From sequence record NC_031010.1: 64,000 nucleotides of DNA. One strand, 5' to 3'. The notes beneath the pieces are model-generated. The model searched no databases. It was not told the DNA's origin and saw only the letters and a list, made by a program, of their open reading frames with translations. Each line of letters begins with the position of its first letter. The stretch's first letter is position 1. Made by a program: the position numbers and the translations under genes. Shown here piece by piece: positions 29,501-40,057 of this stretch.

Positions 29501-32500
29501 CGCGTGCGAGGAGCTTACCGGGTTTCAACAGGCCCCATTTGCCGACGAAGCCCAATGCGCTACCCAGTGTGCTGAGCACCCCACCAATCCCACCGATAAC
29601 GCCGGTGAGTTTGTCAAGGATACCCATCACGCCACCACGCTGACCGCCACCCGAACCGCCTGCATGACCTTCACCGCCTTCACGGTGTGACTGCTTACGG
29701 CGGAAGAAGTTGAGGTAGTCTTTCTTCTCGGTTGAATCGCCAAACTTGTTGCGACGGGTGAACTTGTTCATCATGCCACGAACAAACCCTTCCGACCCAC
29801 CGGCTTCCAACGTTGACGAGCGCATCTTGTCAAACCACGTAATCTCTTGCAGCCCAACCATGCGGTTGAGTTTCTCGAGCATGGCCTGACCCACCGACTG
29901 AACCTTCTTCTTGCCGGTGTTGATAACCCGGCCTGCGGCATCGGTCGCTTCTTCTGCGGTGTCATTCAAATCAGAACGCAAGCGGTTCGCGTTCAGCCCT
30001 TTACGACGGTGCAGTCGGTCACGGTAGAACTCGGCACTTTCATCGTCGCGTCCCGCCAAGCGTTGCTCGACCAGATAACGCAGTCCAATGTCATGCTCTG
30101 CCCCGGTGTAACGGTTCGCAAGGTCACGCGCCGTATCCGCACCACGACCGTAGAGGTCAGACGCCGCAGAGCGACCCCGACCAAACCAGCCACTGACGCG
30201 ATTACGCACATTGTTAAAGCGACGACCCCAACGGCGACGGGACATCACCCGACCCCGACGGAATGCACGCGCGATACCGCCTTTGACACGTCCGAAGGTG
30301 TTCCCCCCACCCACACCCGCTTCCATGGTATCCGCCCAACTTTCGTCTTCCGGCTCACCGGATAAACGGTTGTTCAGGAGTTTGTAGATACGCAGTAAGA
30401 TGTGGTTGGTTTTCTTCGACCCCCCGCCTAAGCCTCCAAAGAAGCTGTTACCGGAGAACCATTTGCTGTCTGAAGACGAACCGCGATTGTTCCACCAACG
30501 GGTCAACGGGTTGTTTTGTGCCATCCCCTTGATACGGTCGATCCCCCCGCGGATCATAGACGGGATGCGGCCTGCGGCGTTTAAAGCGAACCTGCCGATC
30601 CCGGTCACCCGACCCACAATTCGACCCAATGGAGACTTCACCGCACGACCAAAGCGGTCAACCAGTTTGAAGTTCGGGTTAGCCAACTCTTCTGCGGTGA
30701 TGACATCGTTGCCTTGCGCATCAACCACGGCACCGGTTACCTCACTGGCCTTATAGATGATGCGACCGCCTTCTTTCAAGCGGTACTCACCTTCACGCAT
30801 CCGGTTAGCAAACAGGCGAGGGTTGGTTTCGCCTTTGACGTAGATATCGGGAGCCTGAGTAAACCAGTCCTTCACTGTGCGAAGTGGATTTTTGATTTTA
30901 CTCGCCAGACGACCGGGCAGTGACAATATACCCCGCCCTGCTTCGCCGGCTTTGTTGCCGATAACATCAAAGAGCTTCTTCCAGTTCGAGCCGTTGTAAA
31001 ACGTGAGCTCGCCCCCTTGGGCCAAATCGGCAGCCGAGAGAATCACGTTCCCCTGTGCATCGATAATGTCCCGACCCATGCGGATGTCACCAAGGGCGTG
31101 TAGCTGGGTCATCTGACTGCCTTGACCGCTGCCCATCTGGTAATAGTCACCCGCGGCTAAACGTTTGCCGTTTAAGACCACTTTGCCTTGGGCGTTGTAG
31201 ATGTCCCGTGCGCCCAGTAACCCTTTACCAAAGGAACGGATACCGGACAGCGCATTGCTGCCCGCACCCAGTACACGCTGGAACATACTTGTCCCGGCTG
31301 CACCACCGCCCGAGAAGCGACCGCGTAGCCACGACGCCAAACGACCCCCGCGCGCACGCGCACCGTTAAAGCCCCGTTTCGCCTGACGCCATCCGCCTGC
31401 TGCGGTGTCACGACCTAAGCGACCCCAACGACGGAACAGACCACCGCCAGAACCTCCGCCTCCGCCTGAGCCACCGGGGCCGGGACTTGGCCCGTGCAAG
31501 TCATCGCCACCCATGTTGAGTGAGTTCAGGATAAACACCCCTTCCTCATTCATGTCACGGACGTGGTCAAGGATTTTGCTCAGCAATTCGCCTTGGTTGT
31601 TTTCACGGATAGCCCGGATAAGGTCATCGTTTGAGGATGCACCACCAGAGCCGAGGGTACTTTTCATGCCCTCAAACAAATCCGGTAAGGTGGTCGGCTT
31701 GTCGCCGTACAAGACGTTCGACAACGCAAGGGCAGATAACCCACCGCGCATGCCACCCCCAAAACCTGCACCCCGACGACGTTCCTCTTCTTTCTTGGAA
31801 CCGTCCCCCATGCCACGACGACGCAGGAGGTCACCCAGTGCCGACCCGTTCTGCAACTTACGCTGAATTTCCTGCTCACGGGTCAATGACCGACCGCTTC
31901 GGGTTTTGCCCATGGCCAAGTCATTGAACAATGTATGCGGGTCATTCAAATCACGGTCAACGTGGAAGACGTCGTTCTTGTCGTCGTAGTGGAAGATACC
32001 GGCATCACGCAGCGCACGTTCTCCGTAGAGGCCCGCAGCAGCATCAATACGTCCTTGACGACGACTGATGGACGACTGAATCGCCGCCATGCGGTTCGCC
32101 AACTCATTAGAGAGCTCGTAGCCGCCACCCACCCCTTGACCGGGATGTGAGTTCATCAGTTGCTGGATTTTATCCGCACCTTCAAACCCCATGAACCGCT
32201 GAAGGGCTTGCGGGTCACGCGACAGGGCCTGCACGTCAATGGCTTTACCGGTTGAGGCACGCTCTTCGATAAAGTCCGCCAGACGTTGGCGCTCACGTTG
32301 GTTCAGGCTCTTGTTGTGGTCTAAGTAGTCCACGGTGGAGCCGATACTGCCCTGCAGACGTTTACGTTCGTCATCGTTGGCAACTGACTTACGCACACGG
32401 TTACCGATAACCTTGCGGTCAACAAAGCCACGGCTCGTGATGTCGTATTCCATGTCGGCGTGTTCGCCGTAGCCCCGACGAATCGATTTGTTGATTTCAC

Positions 32501-33884
32501 TCAGCCACGCAGGAATGATTTCGTTAATCGACAGCCACGTCCGATGGTCGAACTTAGACGCCCGAGACAACATCCCCGGTTCGCGCTCATCCAGCATCCC
32601 TTGCTCACGCTGCAGCGGGTTGATAATCCCAAGCATGTGTAACGCACGGAAGATGCTGCCTGCCGCACCCATGTCTTCCCCGGCAATCGCTGAGTTAGAA
32701 ATGGAGGACAAGTTACCGAACATGAACTTACCACGCTGGGCTTGTTTCATGAAATCGGGGTTCATCTCGAGCTTTTCGCGGGTGTGCTTTTGTAGCTTTT
32801 CAATCTGTGGACCCAGCAGACGTTTAGCCGCCTGAGAGGACAACCACCCTACAGCCTTCTGTGTGCCATTCTGCCGACGTTTGTCTGCAGATAAGGAAGA
32901 ACTATCATCGAGGTCGAAATCGTCCTCTATGGCGCTTCCCATGAGCATTTCGAGCATACCACGCGCATCGCCGAATCCTTCGGAGATTTTCTTCTTGGTA
33001 TTGTTGCGAATCTGGTCAATGAACCCGTCTGCGTATTTCAGGGGGTTCATCCAGTCAGCCGCTTTACGCTTGATGTTCGCCCAGTGAATCTCGGAGAACT
33101 CTTCCTTGGCGTAATCCGGCAGTGCCGTGTTCTTGACAATCGCTTCCAGTGCCGGGGTGTTACGGTCGAACTGGCTCTGGTTGAGTTTGTTTGCATCTTC
33201 CAATGCAAAGAGAATGCGGTACTGCAATTCCAACTGCTTACGGGAGATGTTGAGCATCACCCCTTTTTGCAGCGAAGACTGCAGATGGATGTCTTTGGCA
33301 ATCGCGTTGACCACCCCAAACATCGCATCAGACTTCATCTCACGAATCGAATCGCGGACACGGTCTTCGACGGCCTGCTCACGCGCATCGGCTTGGTCAC
33401 GAACGGCGTCTTTGTAGTCGCCCTCGCCACCCATGACCCCACTCATCTCGCGATCCATCTGCGCTTGACGTGGGTCGTAATTGTTGTACTGCTGGTCATC
33501 GGACTTTGACCAACGTTCCATTTTACGGGTCAGGCTATCAGGCAGGTACCGGCGCATTGTCGGGGTAAGCTGACGCACCTGCTGCTTGATAACCCGGTTG
33601 GTCTTGACGACCTCCTCTTTGGTATGAGCAGCAATGTCCTTTGCCGCTGCCGACACGTCCTGATAGCCTTTATAAGCATCAGCCGCGGGCTTTGGCATAC
33701 CCTTCATGATCACCTGATCACGCTTACCTTTTGGCCACACGGCCGCCAGTGCCGATTTACGCACAGTGTTAAGTGTATTCAACACCGGATTGCGTTTCGT
33801 GTCCTTCTGGCGCGGTGGCTCACCGAAGTCATCCCAATCCATGTTGTCGAGATCAAGATCGTCGAAATCGCCTTTTTTAGCCAT
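26580..33884 (-). CDS. Tape measure / tail-associated lytic transglycosylase (phiKZ gp181 / SPN3US gp239-like)
   Basis: 2434 aa, helical and Gly/Ala-rich; C-terminal SLT domain (AYAESKFN, GLYQFIKSTW, DPYAN, YLYHFLG); divergent from the vRNAP genes. Confidence 0.85.
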   Translation of the reverse strand: MAKKGDFDDLDLDNMDWDDFGEPPRQKDTKRNPVLNTLNTVRKSALAAVWPKGKRDQVIMKGMPKPAADAYKGYQDVSAAAKDIAAHTKEEVVKTNRVIKQQVRQLTPTMRRYLPDSLTRKMERWSKSDDQQYNNYDPRQAQMDREMSGVMGGEGDYKDAVRDQADAREQAVEDRVRDSIREMKSDAMFGVVNAIAKDIHLQSSLQKGVMLNISRKQLELQYRILFALEDANKLNQSQFDRNTPALEAIVKNTALPDYAKEEFSEIHWANIKRKAADWMNPLKYADGFIDQIRNNTKKKISEGFGDARGMLEMLMGSAIEDDFDLDDSSSLSADKRRQNGTQKAVGWLSSQAAKRLLGPQIEKLQKHTREKLEMNPDFMKQAQRGKFMFGNLSSISNSAIAGEDMGAAGSIFRALHMLGIINPLQREQGMLDEREPGMLSRASKFDHRTWLSINEIIPAWLSEINKSIRRGYGEHADMEYDITSRGFVDRKVIGNRVRKSVANDDERKRLQGSIGSTVDYLDHNKSLNQRERQRLADFIEERASTGKAIDVQALSRDPQALQRFMGFEGADKIQQLMNSHPGQGVGGGYELSNELANRMAAIQSSISRRQGRIDAAAGLYGERALRDAGIFHYDDKNDVFHVDRDLNDPHTLFNDLAMGKTRSGRSLTREQEIQRKLQNGSALGDLLRRRGMGDGSKKEEERRRGAGFGGGMRGGLSALALSNVLYGDKPTTLPDLFEGMKSTLGSGGASSNDDLIRAIRENNQGELLSKILDHVRDMNEEGVFILNSLNMGGDDLHGPSPGPGGSGGGGGSGGGLFRRWGRLGRDTAAGGWRQAKRGFNGARARGGRLASWLRGRFSGGGAAGTSMFQRVLGAGSNALSGIRSFGKGLLGARDIYNAQGKVVLNGKRLAAGDYYQMGSGQGSQMTQLHALGDIRMGRDIIDAQGNVILSAADLAQGGELTFYNGSNWKKLFDVIGNKAGEAGRGILSLPGRLASKIKNPLRTVKDWFTQAPDIYVKGETNPRLFANRMREGEYRLKEGGRIIYKASEVTGAVVDAQGNDVITAEELANPNFKLVDRFGRAVKSPLGRIVGRVTGIGRFALNAAGRIPSMIRGGIDRIKGMAQNNPLTRWWNNRGSSSDSKWFSGNSFFGGLGGGSKKTNHILLRIYKLLNNRLSGEPEDESWADTMEAGVGGGNTFGRVKGGIARAFRRGRVMSRRRWGRRFNNVRNRVSGWFGRGRSAASDLYGRGADTARDLANRYTGAEHDIGLRYLVEQRLAGRDDESAEFYRDRLHRRKGLNANRLRSDLNDTAEEATDAAGRVINTGKKKVQSVGQAMLEKLNRMVGLQEITWFDKMRSSTLEAGGSEGFVRGMMNKFTRRNKFGDSTEKKDYLNFFRRKQSHREGGEGHAGGSGGGQRGGVMGILDKLTGVIGGIGGVLSTLGSALGFVGKWGLLKPGKLLARGGWALATRALPWVARAIAAPLISGAAALVTAIGWPAIAVGAVVAGVGYAAYKIATNVPAKYLDRMRLAQYGFRDYESWNSDDGAKARYLEDQLKGYISYNNDGAATLRGLSASDVEKLAAGFGVNKDEKSELVSFHAFMLQRFIPLYLRWMSSLRQLESDVALKDLGDVTKVSKEDMKTLFAKNKLSKDSQYLKAIEDPRKTNQGFFSKAWDTITFTSPDLLGADDVMDVQNEVEKSIKFRAEGSAAVRNHLAPPTADGTKVSGVAESVNRLATLDQERRDHTIKKEGWEDGNEQVTVQVDYNSVVQQKDVDALQSLRMKAYGLTTLNPAQVKSLLLMERLVYPSIDVKNNTYKGRWQEAIDALVPGGSTSEKADRLKYWFYNRFLPVFMTYVVGVYRYQPTANPLDLKLSGGYLYEVGLMTSRAYSMKNDIRQSVWDIAINPFGGDANTVASSVNAELESLHVLSKEADLAVRNLMRENEKKQGRAQWKQKELTKGLYGGDAMSDNGVSSYAPGSAEALRAAGLNGRSGYDGGGGGWNGSSEIAAAGGIGNYAAMTTGSTNISLGQMGDGNYKELAEKYPRASLNNVANVKAMIVDVAQRLGVPPGVALGMAYAESKFNYKAWNKDSGAGGLYQFIKSTWSGKGNAPGELQNYGNKFGIPNGATQLDPYANTLLGINFIRNNISKAQSDYGGQVPPGVAYLYHFLGAGDAAKFMKAYKANPNAPANSIRYSSSGVIGNNMSVFTSGGRIRSFAQVMQELNGRMGSQVANIATSNSDLAKQAMSGQTPTDPARAAGAPAANDADGAIQTAQRKDVALAQKGAQAANDAATQSASVTAPNPAGVSAANSPSDIAKDADNIQAAAEADGMSPADAAKVGAGYANQATAQAKPRKAANDMPVSAGDMVTVSRMDELIDIEGQSRDYLSKIWEYLQKGGTLNGAPPAAQAATAPGAASRKTQTTAPAPTLNLNRKAS

Positions 33885-33916
33885 GATATTTTATTTCCAA
33901 TTCGGGAGCTTGCAAC

Positions 33917-35530
33917 GTGAAAAAGCTAAACTGGGTTGACTTCTATTTGTTGAACGTCAACAGCGGACTCGTGTCTAACCTTAAGCCGGTTACTACCACT
34001 GACACGTATCAGGGGATGACGAAAAACTTCCACCCAGAAGGACTCTACTCCACCGAGATTTTTGGCCTCGTCGGTAGCGAGGAACGTGATGCCACGTTTT
34101 CGTACATCGATATCAAACTTGACATCATCTCTCCTACCGTGTGTTTGGGGCTGTTTAAATTAAAAGCCCTGTACGAGGACATTTGCGCGGGTCGCCGTTT
34201 TGCCGTGTGGAATGAAAAAGAGAAGGACTTTGAGCCTGCTCTTCCGGGTGACAAAAACGCGGACACCGGCTTTAACTTCTTCTTGAAATACTACAAACAG
34301 TTGACCCCTGCCCGTAACGATTCTCTGCGTCGTGATGACACCCTTGACTTCTTCTTCAAATTCCGTGACATGTCATTGTCACGTTATGTACTGGTTCTAC
34401 CTGCCGGGTTACGCGACCTTGTGGTTCGCGAAGATGGACGGGACCAAGAAGAAGATGTAGGGGGATTATTCCGCCGAATGATTTCCCTTTCCCGTGCGAT
34501 TCCAGACCGTAACGCGCGTGTCGAATTAACCGACCCCGTCCGCTGGAAACTGCAAAGCACGTTCAACGATATCTGGATGTACTTCTTTAACATCCTGGAT
34601 GGGAAAGGCGGATTTGCACGCAGGAAGGTCACCCGTCGTCGGTTGATGAACGGCACACGTAACGTGTTGTCATCGTTCCCAACCGGGTCGAAGGTGATGG
34701 GGCGTGAGGATGAGGTCAGGCCAACTGACACCCGTGTAGGTTTGTACCAGACCCTGAAAGCCCTGCTGCCTGTGGCGCAGTTCAATATCCGCGAACGTTA
34801 CTTAGGTAACATCCGGGCAGGTGACGGTAACCTCTACGGGGTGAACACCAAAACATTACGTCGTGAGTTCTTGGAAGTTAAAGGACGCGTCTACGACCTC
34901 TATACCACCGATGACGGTATTGAGACATTGATTAACCGGATGGAAGCGCGTGAACTCCGCCACCAACCGGTGATGATAGATAAAAACCATTACGTGGCCC
35001 TTATCTATCAAGACGCCAATTTCTTCAAAGTGTTCTACGACATCACAGACTTGCCAGCCAACCTCGACAAGAAAAATGTTCGGGGTATCTCGCTGGCAGA
35101 ACTGCTGTACCTGTCGGGTTATGACCTGTGGAATGACTATTTCTCATTCGTCACACGTTACCCCGTAGCAGGCCGTGGTTCGACGTACTCCTCGACCATA
35201 AGATTGGAGACCACCACCTCATCTCTTTACTTAAAAGAGCTCGAAGACGACTGGATTACCGTCAAAGAGAAAGGGGCTGTGAGCTTCCCAGACCGTACAG
35301 TGGAAACCTTCGTGGAATCGATGGCTCCCCACCCAACACGTCTGGCCGGTTTAGGCGGTGACTACGATGGTGACACGGGTTCGTTCAACGCCCCGATGTC
35401 GCAAGAAGCCGTAGACGAAAACCGCAAATGGTTACGTTCGAAGAACTACTGGTTTGCAACAGATGGCAGTTTTAAAGTTAACCCGGTGAACGATGTGATT
35501 GCACGTTCCATGAACGCACTGTTGCGATAA
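33917..35530 (+). CDS. Virion RNA polymerase beta' subunit, N-terminal/catalytic fragment (phiKZ gp180 / SPN3US gp240-like)
   Basis: HPEGLYSTEIFG, VLPAGLRD and the catalytic GGDYDGD (NADFDGD-like) motif. Confidence 0.9.
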   Translation: MKKLNWVDFYLLNVNSGLVSNLKPVTTTDTYQGMTKNFHPEGLYSTEIFGLVGSEERDATFSYIDIKLDIISPTVCLGLFKLKALYEDICAGRRFAVWNEKEKDFEPALPGDKNADTGFNFFLKYYKQLTPARNDSLRRDDTLDFFFKFRDMSLSRYVLVLPAGLRDLVVREDGRDQEEDVGGLFRRMISLSRAIPDRNARVELTDPVRWKLQSTFNDIWMYFFNILDGKGGFARRKVTRRRLMNGTRNVLSSFPTGSKVMGREDEVRPTDTRVGLYQTLKALLPVAQFNIRERYLGNIRAGDGNLYGVNTKTLRREFLEVKGRVYDLYTTDDGIETLINRMEARELRHQPVMIDKNHYVALIYQDANFFKVFYDITDLPANLDKKNVRGISLAELLYLSGYDLWNDYFSFVTRYPVAGRGSTYSSTIRLETTTSSLYLKELEDDWITVKEKGAVSFPDRTVETFVESMAPHPTRLAGLGGDYDGDTGSFNAPMSQEAVDENRKWLRSKNYWFATDGSFKVNPVNDVIARSMNALLR

Positions 35531-35539
35531 GGTTTAGAC

Positions 35540-38500
35540 ATGCTGCAGATTCGCCAATTCAACCAACACTTCTCGATTCGTAAAACGGATGAGTACAGCA
35601 CCCCGCGTATCATCCCGCTTGAGAAGTTGCAGATCCCTCGCGGCTCTGTACTCCACACGGTCGACCTCGACCAAGTGGTATTGGCACCACCCAGCACCCT
35701 GCCGTACTTCAAGGAGCTGACCAAGCCTGCTCAGGTACGCCACCATTACCGTCTGGCAACCGACGGCATTACCGGGAAACCTATCCCGGTGCCGGTGCAA
35801 GGCCAAGAGCGGGCTATTCTGGCGTACCACCGTGAAAACCGTACCTTCCGTCGGATGCAGTCTGATGAGCTTGTGCGTCGTGACGACCTGACCCTGCTTA
35901 TCGAGAACTACACCCCGCTGCTGCCGCACTACCGTTATGCCGACACCCTGCTGAGCTGGTATGACCGTCTGCACAACGTGGTCGTGACCATTGCGGAGCA
36001 GATGAAGTACGACACCAACGAGTACACCCGTCAGAACTATTACATTCTGAATGTGGGCTCTCGTCTGCCAGCGTTTGAGAAGTTCAAGAACACCTACAAC
36101 GATCGTATCAAAACCCGTCTGGAGCATTTTCAGACCTTCGATCTGCAGTGGCTGTTAGAGCTGTTTGCTTGGGCACACGGCGAACAAGAACTGTCGGTGT
36201 TTGCCGGCATGGACTTCTCCCAATTATCACGCATGAACTTCATCATCACCCACAACACCGGTTTCACCGTGATGAACATGGGTGTGGTGGAGCGTATGCG
36301 TAAGGACTCGGGCGGTCGTTTCAATGACGACATGATGGCCCGTAAGTTCCACAAACTGATTGCACAGGTGTTGACCCGCAATCCAGACCCGGTTGCTGAT
36401 ATCGACTTCGTAAGCCCAAGTGGCGACGAGGCGACGCTTATCGAATCGGCAGCACCGCAGGGCAACATCGACGGCTTGGACGATGAAGCGGATCTTGAAG
36501 ACGCGGAAATCACCGAAGACGATGACCACTTCGATGAGAAAGCCGATTTGGTTATTCAGGAGAAAGTCGAGGACGTCAAGCCGACCACCATTACGGTTGA
36601 GAAAGCCATTGACCACGGACAAATCATCAAGAACGAAGTTGCTCGACTGGCTGAGGCGGGCCGCCTGTCAGTGAAAGCCTTCACCTTCTTGAATGAGTCG
36701 TCTGAGCGATTTGTTTCTCTGCCAAACCCGTATGACAAAACGGGCAAAGAGACTTACGGTGATGCTCTGAAGTACACCGAAGCCGATTTGAAAGTGGAAG
36801 CCAAAACACTGGTTAAAAATCCCACAGTCATGACAGAAGCATGGACGCAGAACACCACCGATGCGATGACGAAGAAGTACAACCGCACTATGCTCCCAAA
36901 AGACATCTTGGGTGCTGTTGCGTCGTCTCAGCGTTTGGGTCTCGTGGTTCACAACCACACCGTGGATAAAGAAGTGGCTGTCACGGGTAACGTCGAACAC
37001 CACACACTCCGTCTCCAGCCAGTGGGCGGGGAACCTGTAACGGTCCGTTTCAGTGTTCCTTCCCTGACAGAAGATGGTACGTGGATGGCGAACGGCACCG
37101 AATACACCATGCGTCGTCAGCGTGTTGATATTCCTATCCGTAAGGTTAACTTTGATACCGTGGCCCTCACAACGGCGTACGGCAAAAACTTTGTTTCCCG
37201 CTCTGAGAAGGCAGTAAACGATTACGGTCGCTGGATTACCAACGCTATCATTACGCGTGCGGTTGATCCGAAGAACACCGAAATCACCGATGCGAAGTTG
37301 GCTAACGTGTTCAACCCGGAACTGACACTCCCACGTCAGTACACCATGGTTGCGCGTCGTGTGTCGACCTTTAACGCCATCGGTTACCGCTGGAACTTTG
37401 AACACGCGGTGCGCGATAGCTTCTTTGGTGAAGCAGTCGTGAAAGACCTTGAGAAGAAAGACCTTGTACCTGTGGCCACCGGACGCGGTGGTGTACTGGG
37501 CATGGACGAACACTCTCAGGTTTACCGTGTCAAGGGTGACACTGTTGAGCCACTGGGTTCTTTGGCCGATACCTTGGGTATCGATCAGGTGAAAGCCCCG
37601 CGTGAGGTCAGTGAGTTGTCGATTATGGGCCAGAGCCTGTCGCTCGGGTTTGTGTTCTCTTTCTATCTCGGGTTAACCGGGATGCTAAAACACTTCGGGA
37701 TTCGCTACGAGGTGTTACCGCCGGGCCAGCGGGTCGATAAGACCACGTTTGATTCGGTGATTCGTTTAGCGGATGCGAAGATTGTCGTGATGTGTGACAA
37801 CGACAAACAACGCATGGTCGTCAATGGGCTTGACAAGTACCTGAAACACTTGGTGATGTATACCGAGTCGGAAGTGGAACGTGAAGATATCTACCTGAAC
37901 CTGATTCGCGATGCAGACAGCCTCACCCCGAGGTACGTCAACGAGCTGAAACAAATGCGGTCCGCGTTTGTCGATGACATGCACGCCCGAATCCTGCGTC
38001 AGATGGGTGAGCCAGAGACGTTCATTGGTTTGCTGGAGCGCAGTAATGAACTGCTGCAGACCGACCACTCGAAGCCGGAGATTAACGGTGACGAGATGAT
38101 GTTTGTTGGCAACCAGCGTATTGCCTACCACGTTTATACGGCGTTGGTTCGTGCGATGCGTAACTATCAAAACGCGCCGGGATCGTCTCGTAAGTTCGAG
38201 CTGCCTCAAGACATGGTGTGGGGTGCTATTAACTCCGACCCGTCTGTGCTGCTCGCACCGGGAGCGAACCCGATTCAGAACATTAAAGAGAAGGACGTGA
38301 TTACCATGGGAGGTACGGGAGGCCGTAACCGAAAAACCATGGTGTACCACACGCGTGAATTCCAGCCCAGCGACTTGGGTGTGGTATCAGGCAACACCGT
38401 CGATAACGGTGATGTGGGTATTACTGCGTTCTCCACTGCCAACCCGTGCTACGCCACGGTGGATGGTATCACCGCACCACGTAACGTAAAGGACCTGCAA

Positions 38501-39712
38501 CCGGGACAGCTGCTGTCATTCATTGATGGCCTCGCCCCCGACACCTTGATGGACGATGCGAAGCGTCAGAACTTCGTCGGTATCCAATGGGGTTCCGCTA
38601 TGGCTTGTGTGGGTGCGACCACGCTGCCGTATCGAACCGAAATGGAGAAACTCGTGGCTCACCGTACGTCGGTGAAGCACGCCCGTGTGGCTGAACAAGC
38701 CGGTAAAGTGTTGGAGGTCAGCGAAGACCACATCAAAATTAAGTACGACGACGGCAGTGAAGTGTCGTTTGAATTGGGTCGTTGGTTTGGTGCCCACGAG
38801 GGGAGCAATTACCCTCACACCTTAATCACCGATTTCAAGGTCGGCGATAAGTTCCCAGAAGGCACGGTTGTGACCTTCAACGAACAACACTTCGAGCGTG
38901 ACCTGATGGACAGAACGCAGGTTAACTTGAAGAACGGTATCGTCGGTTGGATGGCACTCATTGAGGGTGAGGAGGTTATCGAGGACTCCAACGCAATTTC
39001 TGCACACGCAGCGCGACTGATGGCGGCAGACGTTACAAAGGCAAAAGAAGTCACCGTACGCTTCGACCAAAACATCATGGAAATCCTCAAGGAGGGTGAC
39101 CATGTAGATGTCGACAGTATCCTATGCACCTTCAATGACCAAATGTCTGACGACTCTGCGTCCTTTAGCGAAGAATCGGCAGCGACACTGTACGGTCTGA
39201 GTGCGTATGCGCCACAAGCGGGTCTGCGTGGGTTTATTGACAAAATCGAAGTCGTCTACCACGGCGATATCGAGGACATGTCCCCGAGCATTACCTCACT
39301 GGTGCAGAAATACGACCGTGTTCGCAAGAAGCGAGCCACTGCACTGAGCAAGGACGACGTCCCTACCTCAGGCAGCGTAAACGGCGACTACCGTGTTGAT
39401 GGTGTCCCACTGGCTTACCAAAATGCGGTGATTAAGTTTTACATCACCCACCGGGTTGACATGGCAGCAGCGGATAAGTTGGTCTTGGCCAACCAGCTAA
39501 AAACCACCGTCTACCAAGTCATGCCCGGTGAGAACCACACCGAGGCGGGCGACCTGATTGATTTCAAATTTGGTCGTACGTCAGTTGATGCGCGTATCGT
39601 TGGGTCGGTCATTAAAATCGGCACGACGAACGGGGCGTCATTAAAAGGTGGTGAGTGGGTCGGTCGCATCTTAGAGGGCGAAGCCCCGCCTAAGTTGCCT
39701 AGCAAAGTGTAA
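35540..39712 (+). CDS. Virion RNA polymerase beta subunit, N-terminal large fragment (phiKZ gp178 / SPN3US gp241-like)
   Basis: GGTGGRNR, DNGDVGI, DDAKRQNFVGIQ (~DDANRALMGANM), IEDSNAIS, DKLVLANQLKT motifs. Confidence 0.9.
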   Translation: MLQIRQFNQHFSIRKTDEYSTPRIIPLEKLQIPRGSVLHTVDLDQVVLAPPSTLPYFKELTKPAQVRHHYRLATDGITGKPIPVPVQGQERAILAYHRENRTFRRMQSDELVRRDDLTLLIENYTPLLPHYRYADTLLSWYDRLHNVVVTIAEQMKYDTNEYTRQNYYILNVGSRLPAFEKFKNTYNDRIKTRLEHFQTFDLQWLLELFAWAHGEQELSVFAGMDFSQLSRMNFIITHNTGFTVMNMGVVERMRKDSGGRFNDDMMARKFHKLIAQVLTRNPDPVADIDFVSPSGDEATLIESAAPQGNIDGLDDEADLEDAEITEDDDHFDEKADLVIQEKVEDVKPTTITVEKAIDHGQIIKNEVARLAEAGRLSVKAFTFLNESSERFVSLPNPYDKTGKETYGDALKYTEADLKVEAKTLVKNPTVMTEAWTQNTTDAMTKKYNRTMLPKDILGAVASSQRLGLVVHNHTVDKEVAVTGNVEHHTLRLQPVGGEPVTVRFSVPSLTEDGTWMANGTEYTMRRQRVDIPIRKVNFDTVALTTAYGKNFVSRSEKAVNDYGRWITNAIITRAVDPKNTEITDAKLANVFNPELTLPRQYTMVARRVSTFNAIGYRWNFEHAVRDSFFGEAVVKDLEKKDLVPVATGRGGVLGMDEHSQVYRVKGDTVEPLGSLADTLGIDQVKAPREVSELSIMGQSLSLGFVFSFYLGLTGMLKHFGIRYEVLPPGQRVDKTTFDSVIRLADAKIVVMCDNDKQRMVVNGLDKYLKHLVMYTESEVEREDIYLNLIRDADSLTPRYVNELKQMRSAFVDDMHARILRQMGEPETFIGLLERSNELLQTDHSKPEINGDEMMFVGNQRIAYHVYTALVRAMRNYQNAPGSSRKFELPQDMVWGAINSDPSVLLAPGANPIQNIKEKDVITMGGTGGRNRKTMVYHTREFQPSDLGVVSGNTVDNGDVGITAFSTANPCYATVDGITAPRNVKDLQPGQLLSFIDGLAPDTLMDDAKRQNFVGIQWGSAMACVGATTLPYRTEMEKLVAHRTSVKHARVAEQAGKVLEVSEDHIKIKYDDGSEVSFELGRWFGAHEGSNYPHTLITDFKVGDKFPEGTVVTFNEQHFERDLMDRTQVNLKNGIVGWMALIEGEEVIEDSNAISAHAARLMAADVTKAKEVTVRFDQNIMEILKEGDHVDVDSILCTFNDQMSDDSASFSEESAATLYGLSAYAPQAGLRGFIDKIEVVYHGDIEDMSPSITSLVQKYDRVRKKRATALSKDDVPTSGSVNGDYRVDGVPLAYQNAVIKFYITHRVDMAAADKLVLANQLKTTVYQVMPGENHTEAGDLIDFKFGRTSVDARIVGSVIKIGTTNGASLKGGEWVGRILEGEAPPKLPSKV

Positions 39713-39763
39713 TTAACTCTCTTGGCGGGTCGCTCCCGCCAAGCCATTAACTCCGGAGTAAAC

Positions 39764-40057
39764 ATGAGCATCCTGGATAGCATTCGTCTACGCAACGGCT
39801 TGCCGGTATCGCGTAACAACCAAAGCCGCGAGACGCAGGGTTTCTCTGCTCAGCAGCGTAAGAACTTTGTCGCCCTCGGCAACACCATTGAACTGGGCAC
39901 CGAGATTCTGTTTGAACTGCTGCACAAGACCGACGGTCTGAGCGGTTACGTTGGTGACCAGCGTTTGTTTAAACGTGACATCGCCGATATGATCGGGGGC
40001 AAGCTGGCCGCCCGTATCCAACAGAAAACCAGCACCGATAATGGAGGTGTAGCGTGA
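39764..40057 (+). CDS. Small putative virion protein (SPN3US gp242-like position)
   Basis: GGAG RBS; located between the vRNAP beta gene and a head protein gene. Confidence 0.55.
   Translation: MSILDSIRLRNGLPVSRNNQSRETQGFSAQQRKNFVALGNTIELGTEILFELLHKTDGLSGYVGDQRLFKRDIADMIGGKLAARIQQKTSTDNGGVA

Noticed and set aside
29600-31520. Gly/Ser/Arg-rich low-complexity tracts in the tape measure gene
   Set aside because: Flexible linkers typical of gp181-like proteins; not tandem DNA repeats.
24354-33920. Numerous + strand ORFs antisense to the baseplate and tape-measure genes
   Set aside because: Shadow ORFs expected from codon bias in long GC-rich genes; no RBS or recognisable domains.
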